Positions 39,729 through 49,100 of a stretch of 64,000 nucleotides of DNA are shown here, in pieces. The notes beneath the pieces are model-generated. The model ran no database searches. It worked only from the letters and a program-made list of their open reading frames with translations, and had not been told where the DNA came from. Made by a program: the position numbers and the translations under genes. The stretch comes from Candidatus Poribacteria bacterium (lineage in GTDB: Bacteria > Poribacteria > WGA-4E > UBA9662), in NCBI GenBank assembly GCA_036339735.1, contig JAYZAL010000016.1, positions 1-64,000 on the forward strand, in the 5' to 3' direction. Positions within the stretch are counted from its first letter, which is position 1; every line of letters begins with the position of its first letter.

Positions 39729-40360
39729 TCAATGTTTTTGGGTAAGACCTCGCCTATCGGAAATTAATAAACCTCCAAGTTGACACAAAGGTCCTAGCAA
39801 ATCTATATCAGTAGACTGGTAACCGGTCAACCGATTTGCTAAAGCCACTGCTCCTACAAGCTCATTATCAACTAAAAACGGTAACCCAATATGACTCTTA
39901 ATCTTTCCATGACCAAATGGTACACCACGACTCTGAGGGTCAGATTCGGGGGCATTGGTTAACACAGGAGCTTTACTCGTCATTACCGCTCCATTAAGGG
40001 TGTCCAGATTGTGAAATTGAAGATTGGAAAGAATGTCAAAATCGTGTATCCAGACTTGTAGATATCAATAACCGCATGGGGCAACAGATAAGGACTCTCT
40101 ATCTAGCTATATCGAACTTCTGCTAAAAAACCAAACTTACTCTTAGTTACTTGCAGCCATGTTGGTAACAAAGTAACAAAAAATGATTCTATCGAGTTCT
40201 TTTTGCAGTAGGTATCGAAACTGTCAAACAAGCCCGAAACTAATTCTTTTGGTAATGTCTGGTTTTTTATAATTCCTTTGAAATCGTTATATGCGCGATC
40301 AAAATACTCGTTTCTTCTCTCTTTCTTTAGGAGCGCAAATAGGATAAACGGGTATCTCTG
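39729..40360 (-). pseudogene. disrupted GAF-domain sensor gene
   Basis: Manual translation gives ...WLQVTKSKFGFLAEVRYS* (TAG at 40103-40105) IESPYLLPHAVIDI, then a frameshift, then NLQFHNLDTLNGAVMTSKAPVLTNAPESDPQSRGVPFGHGKIKSHIGLP...LVGAVALAN. This matches a recognisable GAF subfamily pattern. 5' limit approximate. Confidence 0.7.
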
Positions 40361-40441
40361 ACACTAGTTATACACTAACTTTGAGTTTTTTACAAAGATC
40401 TGACCGAACTAAGCTAAATGGTTCCAATTCGACATAATACC

Positions 40442-40486
40442 GGAAGAAGTAATCTCGAATATACTGTATACGAGATTGCTTCTTCC
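40442..40486. terminator. long hairpin directly after the stop of 40487..41320
   Basis: GGAAGAAGTAATCTCG / CGAGATTGCTTCTTCC 16-bp stem with one non-Watson-Crick position; no clear U-tract. Confidence 0.55.
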
Positions 40487-41320
40487 CTATTGCTGACGGA
40501 TGGATGACCAAGTAGTAGTTAATTTACCGGTACTATCTACTAGTAATTGTTTGTCGGTCAAGTGAACAAGGCCTGTCTTTTCAGAATTTTTCCCATGGAC
40601 GACAGCATGACAATACCAACCGCTCCAGCCTCTCTGACCTTTTTCTTTAGGAGGATCGCCGTCATTGACACAAATTCCCATCCCGAATTTCAGGCCTTTC
40701 TCAAATTTTCCTTTCTTTAAGATTTCCTCTGCGGACAATTTAATTTCATAATAGGTTTTTTTTGCAGCTTCATCTCGTACAACCATGAAGTCTTTTTCAG
40801 TCAGCCCGTTTTTTCCAGCTTCCTCGTTATGAATCACAAGTTTTCCCGCAGAAACACCCATATTATAAAGAATCATAGGTATACCAGCTTTCCGTTTCCC
40901 GCTCATTTCTAAAGCCATTTGGAGTGTGTCTCCATTCCAGCCATTAGGTGGATCATCGTGCTTATCGTCAGTGACAATTAACCCGACGTAGAAAGCATCT
41001 GGTTGCCAGACCATCATAATTCCGGTTCGATGGTCATCTTTTCCGTTCCACTTTCCACCACCATGTTCTTGGAAAGCTTTTTTCCCACCGTCTCCCGCGG
41101 GTAAATCAATAAATGGTTTGCCATCTGTACCAACTACGGCATCAAAGACACCATCCCAGTCGGACATTTTTCCATCGATTTTGATATCTACACCCGTCAA
41201 AGCATTGTATACATCGTGGGTCTTACTACGATTCTGAGCTGAAGCCAGATGAATAAATAATATATTCATTAGTAGTGTAAATAATATTATGCAGCTGGTT
41301 AGTCGTATAGTTTTAAACAT
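40487..41320 (-). CDS. secreted CBM9/DOMON-like sugar-binding domain protein with a C-terminal GKLTTTW motif
   Basis: Signal peptide ending ASA; IKIDGKMSDW, WQPDAFYVGLIVTDD, WNGDTLQ, YEIKL, GICVNDGD; tail VDSTGKLTTTWSSIRQQ. Confidence 0.75.
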   Translation of the reverse strand: MFKTIRLTSCIILFTLLMNILFIHLASAQNRSKTHDVYNALTGVDIKIDGKMSDWDGVFDAVVGTDGKPFIDLPAGDGGKKAFQEHGGGKWNGKDDHRTGIMMVWQPDAFYVGLIVTDDKHDDPPNGWNGDTLQMALEMSGKRKAGIPMILYNMGVSAGKLVIHNEEAGKNGLTEKDFMVVRDEAAKKTYYEIKLSAEEILKKGKFEKGLKFGMGICVNDGDPPKEKGQRGWSGWYCHAVVHGKNSEKTGLVHLTDKQLLVDSTGKLTTTWSSIRQQ

Positions 41321-41494
41321 TCTGCTTCTCCTTCACCGAGAATAATTATCGTTTACTTTTTGTTTGTTTAATTACAATCTGACTTGTACGCCCGTAATTA
41401 TGTGTCGAGTAGCCACGGGAGTACTATAACTTAACATCGCTGATCAAGACAATTGAATTGTTGTTTTCAATACTCGTATTAGCAGGACGTATTC

Positions 41495-41523
41495 TTGACA
41501 CTGACATCAGATAAGCATAAAAT
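41495..41523 (+). promoter_or_regulatory. sigma70 promoter of rhaB and the ThuA-like gene
   Basis: TTGACA-17 bp-TAAAAT, 37 bp before the ATG at 41561; RBS AAGGA. Confidence 0.7.
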
Positions 41524-41560
41524 GGAATAAATTTTCGGCAAGGAGAATTGTAAGGAAAAA

Positions 41561-43033
41561 ATGAACTTTTTGGCGATTGATTTAGGAGCAGAGAGTGGCC
41601 GTGGAATTACCGGTTCTTTTGACGGAGAACGTATCAGTCTAAGAATCATACACCGATTTCCCAATGGTGGGGTGCGAATACTTGATAGCCTGCATTGGGA
41701 TTTGCTGTTTTTATGGAAAGAAATCAAGCAAGTGCTTGGCATGTCCGCTAATAGTGATCTGAAATCTATTGGGATTGATACTTGGGGCGTTGATTTTGGC
41801 TTATTGGATGCTGATGGACAACTAATTGGCCAACCATATCACTATCGAGATGAGCGCACAAGTGGAATAATGGAATTAGCTTTTGAGCTTCTCACTAAAA
41901 AGGAAATATTTGCCCAAACCGGAACACAGTTTATGCAGATTAATACTCTGTATCAGCTACTATCTATGGTGAACTCTAAATCGCCGATTTTGGAAATAGC
42001 AAATACTTTTCTAACTATTCCTGATTTGCTTAATTTTTGGCTTACAGGCCGAAAAGTAAGTGAATTTTCTAATGCAACTACGACTCAAATTCTTGACCCA
42101 CGAACTGCTACTTGGTCAGAGTTAATTTGCCAAAAATTTCAAATTCCTTATGACATATTTCCTGACACGATTTTTCCAGGAGAAAAAATTGGTTTGCTTA
42201 GGTCATCTGTTGGTAAAGAAACAGGGCTTAGTACAGTTCCTGTGGTCGCACCGGCTTGTCATGACACAGGTTCTGCGATAGTCGCTGTTCCTGCTAATGG
42301 GAATAATTGGGCATATATTAGTTCCGGCACATGGTCATTGATGGGAGTAGAGTTGGACCAACCTTTGATTACTGATCAAGCGCTAGCTTTGAATTTCACT
42401 AATGAAGGTGGTTTTAACCGGACTTCTCGATTTCTCAAGAATATCATGGGATTATGGCTAGTTCAAGAATGTCGTCGGACTTGGGCTCAAAGTACAGGAA
42501 CGGCAATGGAATATTCTGAATTAACACAATTAGCTAAAGACTCAACTGCTTTTGTGAGTGTGATTGATCCAGACGATAGCACTTTCCTACCGGCTGGGGA
42601 CATGCCCAAGCGAATTGTGGATTATTGCCACCGAACGGGGCAAACTGCACCAGATACACCAGGGGCTTTTATCCGATGTGCTTTGGAGAGCTTAGCCTTT
42701 AAGTATAGATGGACGCTAGAACAGATTGAATCTGTCACTGGTCGTTATATTGATACTTTACACATCGTTGGTGGTGGAGTACAAAACCAACTCCTGTGCC
42801 AGTTTACTGCCGATGCCACTGGGAAGCAGGTAGTCGCGGGCCCTGTTGAAGCCACAGCAATTGGTAATATCGCTGTACAAGCTATCGCAATCAACGCAAT
42901 TAGCACATTAGATGAAGTTCGCCAAGTGATCAAAAATTCTTTTTCACTTCAGATTTACGACCCAAATAACAATCAAGAATGGCAAGATGCTTATCATTCA
43001 TTTTTGCAAATCACCAGAATTGGAGAGTGTTAA
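41561..43033 (+). CDS. rhaB: rhamnulokinase/L-fuculokinase family sugar kinase (FGGY)
   Basis: [57 protein letters not shown]. Confidence 0.85.
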   Translation: MNFLAIDLGAESGRGITGSFDGERISLRIIHRFPNGGVRILDSLHWDLLFLWKEIKQVLGMSANSDLKSIGIDTWGVDFGLLDADGQLIGQPYHYRDERTSGIMELAFELLTKKEIFAQTGTQFMQINTLYQLLSMVNSKSPILEIANTFLTIPDLLNFWLTGRKVSEFSNATTTQILDPRTATWSELICQKFQIPYDIFPDTIFPGEKIGLLRSSVGKETGLSTVPVVAPACHDTGSAIVAVPANGNNWAYISSGTWSLMGVELDQPLITDQALALNFTNEGGFNRTSRFLKNIMGLWLVQECRRTWAQSTGTAMEYSELTQLAKDSTAFVSVIDPDDSTFLPAGDMPKRIVDYCHRTGQTAPDTPGAFIRCALESLAFKYRWTLEQIESVTGRYIDTLHIVGGGVQNQLLCQFTADATGKQVVAGPVEATAIGNIAVQAIAINAISTLDEVRQVIKNSFSLQIYDPNNNQEWQDAYHSFLQITRIGEC

Positions 43034-43041
43034 TAATCACA

Positions 43042-43779
43042 ATGAGTAAAAAAATTCGGGTCACAATATGGAATGAGAATTTACATGAACAGAACAATGA
43101 GTTTATAGCCAATCTTTATCCAAAGGGCATACACGGCGCTATTTCTGATGGACTCAAAGAGAACCTAGATATCGATGTTTTTTTTGCTACTCTGGATGAG
43201 CCTGAGCATGGTCTGACAGAATCAGTTCTTAAGCAAACGGATGTATTAATATGGTGGAGCCACTTAGCTCATGATAAAGTGAGTGATGAAATAGCAATTA
43301 GGGTGCAAGAAAAAGTCCTTGATGGGATGGGTTTGATTATGTTGCATTCTACACAGGGAGCCAAAATTTTTAAGTTGTTACTAGGAACTAGTGGCGCTTT
43401 GAAATGGAGGGAAGCTGGTGAAAAAGAACGAATTTGGGTCATAGAGCATGGTCATCCGATTGCCGATGGGCTCGGGGAATATTTTGAACTAGAAGAAACT
43501 GAAATGTACGGTGAACCATTCGATATTCCAGCCCCCGACAATTTAGTTTTTATCAGTTGGTTTCCTGGGGGCGAGGTCTTTCGCAGCGGGTGCTGTTACT
43601 ACAGAGGGAAAGGTAAGGTGTTTTATTTTCGTCCGGGACACGAGACTCACCCAATTTACTACGACCCAAACATCAGAAGGGTGATGGCTAACGCTGTTCT
43701 GTGGGCCAAGCCAACTAGGTCAGTTGAAGGGCTACACATTAGGCAATTGACAAACTCCTCACCACTAGAACGTATCTGA
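43042..43779 (+). CDS. ThuA-like (trehalose utilisation) protein; start refined to the ATG at 43042
   Basis: [49 protein letters not shown]. Confidence 0.88.
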   Translation: MSKKIRVTIWNENLHEQNNEFIANLYPKGIHGAISDGLKENLDIDVFFATLDEPEHGLTESVLKQTDVLIWWSHLAHDKVSDEIAIRVQEKVLDGMGLIMLHSTQGAKIFKLLLGTSGALKWREAGEKERIWVIEHGHPIADGLGEYFELEETEMYGEPFDIPAPDNLVFISWFPGGEVFRSGCCYYRGKGKVFYFRPGHETHPIYYDPNIRRVMANAVLWAKPTRSVEGLHIRQLTNSSPLERI

Positions 43780-43795
43780 TCAGGAGAAAACTAAC

Positions 43796-43834
43796 AGGAG
43801 GGAAAGCAACCTTCGAATTGGTTTCCCTCCTTTT
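43796..43834. terminator. intrinsic terminator between the convergent ThuA-like and redoxin genes
   Basis: AGGAGGGAAA / TTTCCCTCCT stem followed by TTT. Confidence 0.75.
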
Positions 43835-43851
43835 GATCATTTTTATAATTG

Positions 43852-44454
43852 CTAGTTTAGTAACTGAGCTGAGTGAGAATTCAATGATGTTTCACCCCGA
43901 AAACCAGTTTCTTGAAAAGCAATGACACCTTCCCTATCAATAAAGAAGGTTGCTGGGATACCACTCACATTGTACTGACTAGCTACTCCCCCCGCATTAG
44001 TTAAAACTGGGTAGCTGATGTTATTTCGGACGAACTCTTGCAGCTGTCCTACTTCTTCATCTACGCTGGCACCCAAAACTACCAATCCACTCTCGTGATT
44101 TTTTTTATGTAATGCTTCTAGATACGGAACCTCCGTACGACAGCTACCTCACCATGTGGCCCAAAAATTTAGTACTACAGCTTTACCTCTAAGGTCTGAT
44201 AGACTAACGGTATCCCCTGCGATAGTACGTAGAGTGAAGTCTGGGGCTGTTTTCCCGATTAATGCAGCAGGGGAATCGGGTGAAGGTGCAGAGTCCGCAG
44301 GCCGGTTTTGTACTGACTTTTGAAGGTCGGTCATTAAGCGTTCATTACGCTTTTCTTGAGCTTTCTGTACAGCTTCGCAGCCGATTAGACTGACAGCTAA
44401 TATGATGAAGGACAAGAAATGTGGATACGGTGTCAAAAGACGTTGCTTTTTCAT
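43852..44454 (-). CDS. TlpA/ResA-like thioredoxin-fold lipoprotein, probable selenoprotein (UGA at 44149-44151 read as Sec; UxxC)
   Basis: ORFs 44149..44454 and 43852..44085 are one frame: APDFTL...[25 protein letters not shown]...[17 protein letters not shown] hairpin lies 11 nt after the UGA. Lipobox LIGC. Confidence 0.88.
44123..44137 (-). promoter_or_regulatory. putative bacterial SECIS element
   Basis: Minus strand TACGGA-GGT-TCCGTA stem-loop starting 11 nt 3' of the in-frame TGA, with a G-led apical loop. Confidence 0.7.
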
Positions 44455-44516
44455 TAAAAACCCTTTAGAATCCTACTTTCGTGCAAATTCTAACGAAATC
44501 GAAGAGAGGATGTCAA

Positions 44517-45302
44517 TTGAAAGAAAAAAAGATCGCTATTGCTGCAGCTGAAACAGCGGGTGACGTGATAATGAAGTACTACCGAAGTAAGTACGAAATC
44601 ACAGACAAAAGCCCAAATAATCCCGTTACTGAAGCGGATTTGGCCGCAAACTATCATATTCAGGAAACTATCACAAGCGCCTTTCCTCAAGATGGTTGGT
44701 TGTCAGAAGAGAGTAAAGACTCACCAGATCGAGTTGGTAAAGAACGAGTTTGGGTCATCGACCCAATCGATGGTACACTAGAGTTTATCGAAGGGCTTTC
44801 GCAATTTGCAGTCTCCATTGCTTTGGTCGAGAACAACCGACCTATTGTTGGTGTTTTAAACAACCCTGCGACGAAAGAACTCTTTGTGGCAGTCGAAGGC
44901 GAAGGTGCCCATTTGAATGGCGAACGTTTGAGTTGCTTACCTGCTACAAAAACTGAGCAGGCAACGCTCTTGGCAAGTCGTACTGAACATCAGCGAGGCC
45001 AGTTAAAGCATTTTGAAAATAGAGTAGGAGAGCTAAAGTACATTGGAAGTGTCGCTTACAAATTGGGGAGGCTAGCTGCCGGGTCTGCTCATGGGTACTT
45101 GACGGTACAACCCAAAAACGAGTGGGACATTTGTGCGGGGGACTTAATTGTAAGGGAAGCAGGAGGAGTATTTTGGAATCGGGAAGGAGAGTCAATTCAA
45201 TACAATCAGCCAGACCCCAAGCAGAGAGCAGGAATGTTCGCAGGCAGAGCCGAGTTAGTGGAAGATCTGGTCAATTTGTACAAAGAAGTGCCTAATATGT
45301 AG
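44517..45302 (+). CDS. cysQ: 3'(2'),5'-bisphosphate nucleotidase CysQ / inositol monophosphatase family (start probably the TTG at 44517)
   Basis: PVTEADLAAN, LSEE, WVIDPIDGTLEF, GSVAYKL, EWDICAG. Confidence 0.75.
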   Translation: MKEKKIAIAAAETAGDVIMKYYRSKYEITDKSPNNPVTEADLAANYHIQETITSAFPQDGWLSEESKDSPDRVGKERVWVIDPIDGTLEFIEGLSQFAVSIALVENNRPIVGVLNNPATKELFVAVEGEGAHLNGERLSCLPATKTEQATLLASRTEHQRGQLKHFENRVGELKYIGSVAYKLGRLAAGSAHGYLTVQPKNEWDICAGDLIVREAGGVFWNREGESIQYNQPDPKQRAGMFAGRAELVEDLVNLYKEVPNM

Positions 45303-45665
45303 CTAAGATATACTGTCTACAATAATCCCGCCACCGACCAATCCACCAGATGCATCACGCGCTACAGATGCCCCACCAATTCCGGACAAGCCAATATTGT
45401 ACGACTTCCCCTTTATGCTACTGGAGGAGTGAGGAGAACGACTTGATTGAGAGCTCTTATTTCGCGCTTCTAAGAACTCGGTTTTTCCAAGTCCGAGAGC
45501 TGGTCTCTGAAAAGCTTGGCTGGTGTTGATCAACGGGCGGACCTGAGCTAATCCTTGAGGGGAAGCGGCTGACGTTGATGCTGACGTTAATACCGGCATG
45601 CTGTACGACTCCTTTTTACTATATTTATTTTGCACCTTTGCAGTTGCACGGCTATAATCTATCAC
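45303..45665 (-). CDS. small hypothetical Ser/Gly-rich protein (start possibly the ATG at 45599)
   Basis: Fills the gap between cysQ and moaC; AAGGAG RBS before MPVLTS; no family recognised. Confidence 0.45.
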   Translation of the reverse strand: MIDYSRATAKVQNKYSKKESYSMPVLTSASTSAASPQGLAQVRPLINTSQAFQRPALGLGKTEFLEARNKSSQSSRSPHSSSSIKGKSYNIGLSGIGGASVARDASGGLVGGGIIVDSIS

Positions 45666-45711
45666 AAAATAAGTCTAGAATCAACTCTTTTTTAAGCATG
45701 TACTCACCATT

Positions 45712-46188
45712 ATGACAAAACTAACACACTTCGACGAAAAGGGGCATACACAAATGGTAGATGTAAGTCCCAAACCTAAAACAAAACGAACAGCCACAGC
45801 GAAAGGAGTAGTATATACAAGACGTGAAACCATTTTACAAATTAACCAACATAAGTTTGAAAAAGGTAATGTACTGGAGGTTGCACGTTTAGCAGGCATA
45901 ATGTCTACCAAACGTACTCCTGATATTATTCCATTGTGCCATGTAATTCCAATCACAGGTGTCTCCCTTCATCTATTAACTCATTTAGAACAATCTCGTG
46001 TAGAAATAGAAGCCCATGTTAAAAGTATGGGGCGAACAGGAGTAGAGATGGAGGCGATGACAGCTGTTTCCGTAGCAGCTTTGACGATTTACGATATGTG
46101 CAAAAGCGTTGATCAGACGATGCGAATTTCCGACATTCGATTAATTCAAAAAACTGGAGGGCAAAGCGGAGATTTTCGGGCTGAGTAA
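45712..46188 (+). CDS. moaC: cyclic pyranopterin monophosphate synthase
   Basis: LTHFDEKG...MVDVS, KGNVLEVARLAGI, IPLCH, TGVEMEA, YDMCKSVD, KTGGQSG. Confidence 0.97.
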   Translation: MTKLTHFDEKGHTQMVDVSPKPKTKRTATAKGVVYTRRETILQINQHKFEKGNVLEVARLAGIMSTKRTPDIIPLCHVIPITGVSLHLLTHLEQSRVEIEAHVKSMGRTGVEMEAMTAVSVAALTIYDMCKSVDQTMRISDIRLIQKTGGQSGDFRAE

Positions 46189-46191
46189 AGT

Positions 46192-49100
46192 TCATCTGTC
46201 ATTTGTATTCGGGTACAGTACAGCAATTTTCCCACTACGTTGTATAGATCGGCCAGAGTTAGTTGCCGTTAAATCAAAAATATAGATACCTGTTGTGACA
46301 GGCTGTTGATTTTGATTACAACAATTCCACTTCAAACTGGTATTTGAACCAGTAACATTCGAAAGAGAAGTCGAGTAAACTTTCTCGCCTGACACACTAT
46401 AGATGGTTAGTTCAATGTCCGCTAGCCTAGTAACTTGGAAATGTATTTGGGCTTGTCGAGTAGCAGGATTAGGATACGCGAAAACTGGGTCAATAAAGTC
46501 GAAAATATCTTGACTAAAGAAAACATTTTCAAATTGTGCCATATTTCCAGCACGATCAAAAGCCTCAACGTTCAAGGTGTGCCGACCAGGAAACAGGTTA
46601 CCTGGCAAATATGTCAATTTACCAGAAAATGAGTCCATCATCTGAAATCGCATTTCCCTATTAGTATTCTGATTGGTTTGGGACGAAGTTAAAACAACCG
46701 CAGGCTTTTCATCTATCTTTACGGATAAGCGATCAATACCTGATCCATTATCCGTAATTGTTAGCTCAATTAATTGCTCATTCTTCTGAAAAGACCCAAT
46801 CATCGGTGCATTTCGATCTACCAGAAGGCCATAACTACCCAATTTTTCAACAACTGCCACCAAATATACTTGGTCATCGATTTTTATTCTCCTTACATTA
46901 GGCACTGGCAGCCAGATTTTTTGCCAATAGAATAAGGCCGTAGACTCAAGGATTTCCTCTGTTTTTTTTGATGGGATGCGTAACTCGAAACTTGAATTCT
47001 GAAAAACCTCTGACGTTACATCTAATTTAATTTCATGAACAGGGTAAATAATTTCAAGCTGTCGACTTTCTGCATTCTGTAATTGACTTAAAACTCGATT
47101 TGAGTCGAAACCACTTTGACTAGAAAGTTTTGGTTTTAAATTCAGTTGTGGATTCAAAAAAGTCAGACTTGCACCCTTTGGGTGATAAATATGATAAGGG
47201 ACTAAGATTGAATGATATCCCTGTTTTTTCTGTGGGAAAGGTAATATGGGAGATGACTGAAACTGATTTTGATCAGTGTAATAGCCAATTCTGCGAAGCA
47301 TTAATGATTGCCCGCTAGTTAAACTGAAGTCCGCAGCAATATCAAAGCTGTCGGCCTGTGAATTTAGTCGGAATTGGCCTTGGTAGATAAATAAACTTTC
47401 TAGTTCAGGGTTTGTCCCCTTTTCTTGGGCCTGACGTTTTACCATCTGACGAGTTGCTTGTGGTTCTAGTTTTTCCAATGGGACTAATTGGAGGTCAATA
47501 CTATAGACTCGGTGGGAGTTCTTACGATTTCCTGATTGGACGACAGTAACTTTTGAATTTCCAATCGTTTTTAGAACTTTATTAGAAACTAGATGTACCC
47601 ATAGATGATTTTCATCACGAATTGCGGAAAGCGAAGCATAAAAAGGTTGACGATCAATAGTAAAAATCGATGAAACCGGGGCTGATAGATTGCCTTCTAG
47701 GTCTCTTACTTGTAATCTAAGTTTATGCTTACCCTGACTCAATTCTTGAACTGGCCGATAAGTAAACTTGCCATTTTCAGGATCAAAAGTAAATCTATTC
47801 CCATCAAAATTGGCAATCTGAATATCCTTTTCTCCGCCTTCTAATGCGTCTGGGTCAAAATGAAATGTTTGCTTATCAAAATCGAAGATCAGTGAAAACG
47901 GATCTATTTCTACATTGTCCAGTAAATAGCAAGAAATAACGATTTTACCCTTCGGATATGTCAAAATTTGACCGTTAGAAGGGTAAAAATCAACAATCCC
48001 TGGAGGGTACATATCGATTGGAGCTAACTGCCCAACCGGATTTTTGGTTTTAGCAATACTATATACAACGCGACGAAACAAGCGGGAATGTCGATTGAAT
48101 TCATCTTTAGCTACTAACACAATTGTGTTAGTACCAACTTGTAATCCTAGATTTTGACTAAAAGCTCCATCAGATTCAACAGGAATAGTAATTGTCTTTT
48201 CCTCTTTTGTTGATTGCTGCTGAATTTGAAGCTCTGAGCTGTCCGTGGTTCCCGAAACTAATATGTATGGGACTGGGGAAATTGTGAAATCATTAGGCTC
48301 GCTCAGTTCTAATGCAGGTGGCTGAACATCTTGAATAATTGTTCGATATATTTCGGTCGTTCCTAAAATTGGTGAGATCGCCCGAATATGTAGTAGATTG
48401 CTACCTTCACTTAGCAAAATTCTTGCAGAAAATAGACCACTGGTTTCAGTCGCTATCAGATCATTGTTAACATAGAGCTTAGCATCACTACTAGTTTTCC
48501 CTGTTAAATTAATCATTTGTTGATCGGTAACCTTTCCTTCATAAGGAGAAAAAATCTCTAAGGTTGGTTTATGATTTTCTACTAAAACCGTTTGTTCATC
48601 TATTACTATTTGATTTCCATCGGGATGATTGGATGTAACTGTCAAACGCAGGATATATTCTCCTCTTAATCGTCTCGTGTCCCATTGACCAAGGAAGCTA
48701 GTAGTGGCGACTGGCTGAGTTGAACGGCCACCAATCGGAACCCAAGTTCGTACAGGGATGGAAACGTCGGCATAGTGCAAAGAAAACTCTTGAAATTTAG
48801 GTCCTCTTGCTAGACCTATTAATTCGACTTTCCCAGATACTATATCTCGGTTGTAGGGTGTGACGATCTGAGCTTCTACATACACCATAGGGAAGACAAT
48901 GGGCACGATATGCAGCTGGTCTTTGGACTGATACACCAACTGTTTGGTGGTTGACGACCAACAAGCTGAATCAACTGGGGTACCGATTGGGGTTAGCTGC
49001 GATGGTAATTTAGCCTGACGGGCCAAAGGATCTAATGAAGTAGAAACAGCTGCCTTTGATTGGCCGAAACGATCAGTCAAAAATAATAAGTATTTACCAT

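Noticed and set aside
40103-40105. In-frame TAG in the GAF gene as pyrrolysine or readthrough
   Set aside because: It is accompanied by at least one frameshift, and many intact genes here end in TAG, so decay is the simpler explanation.
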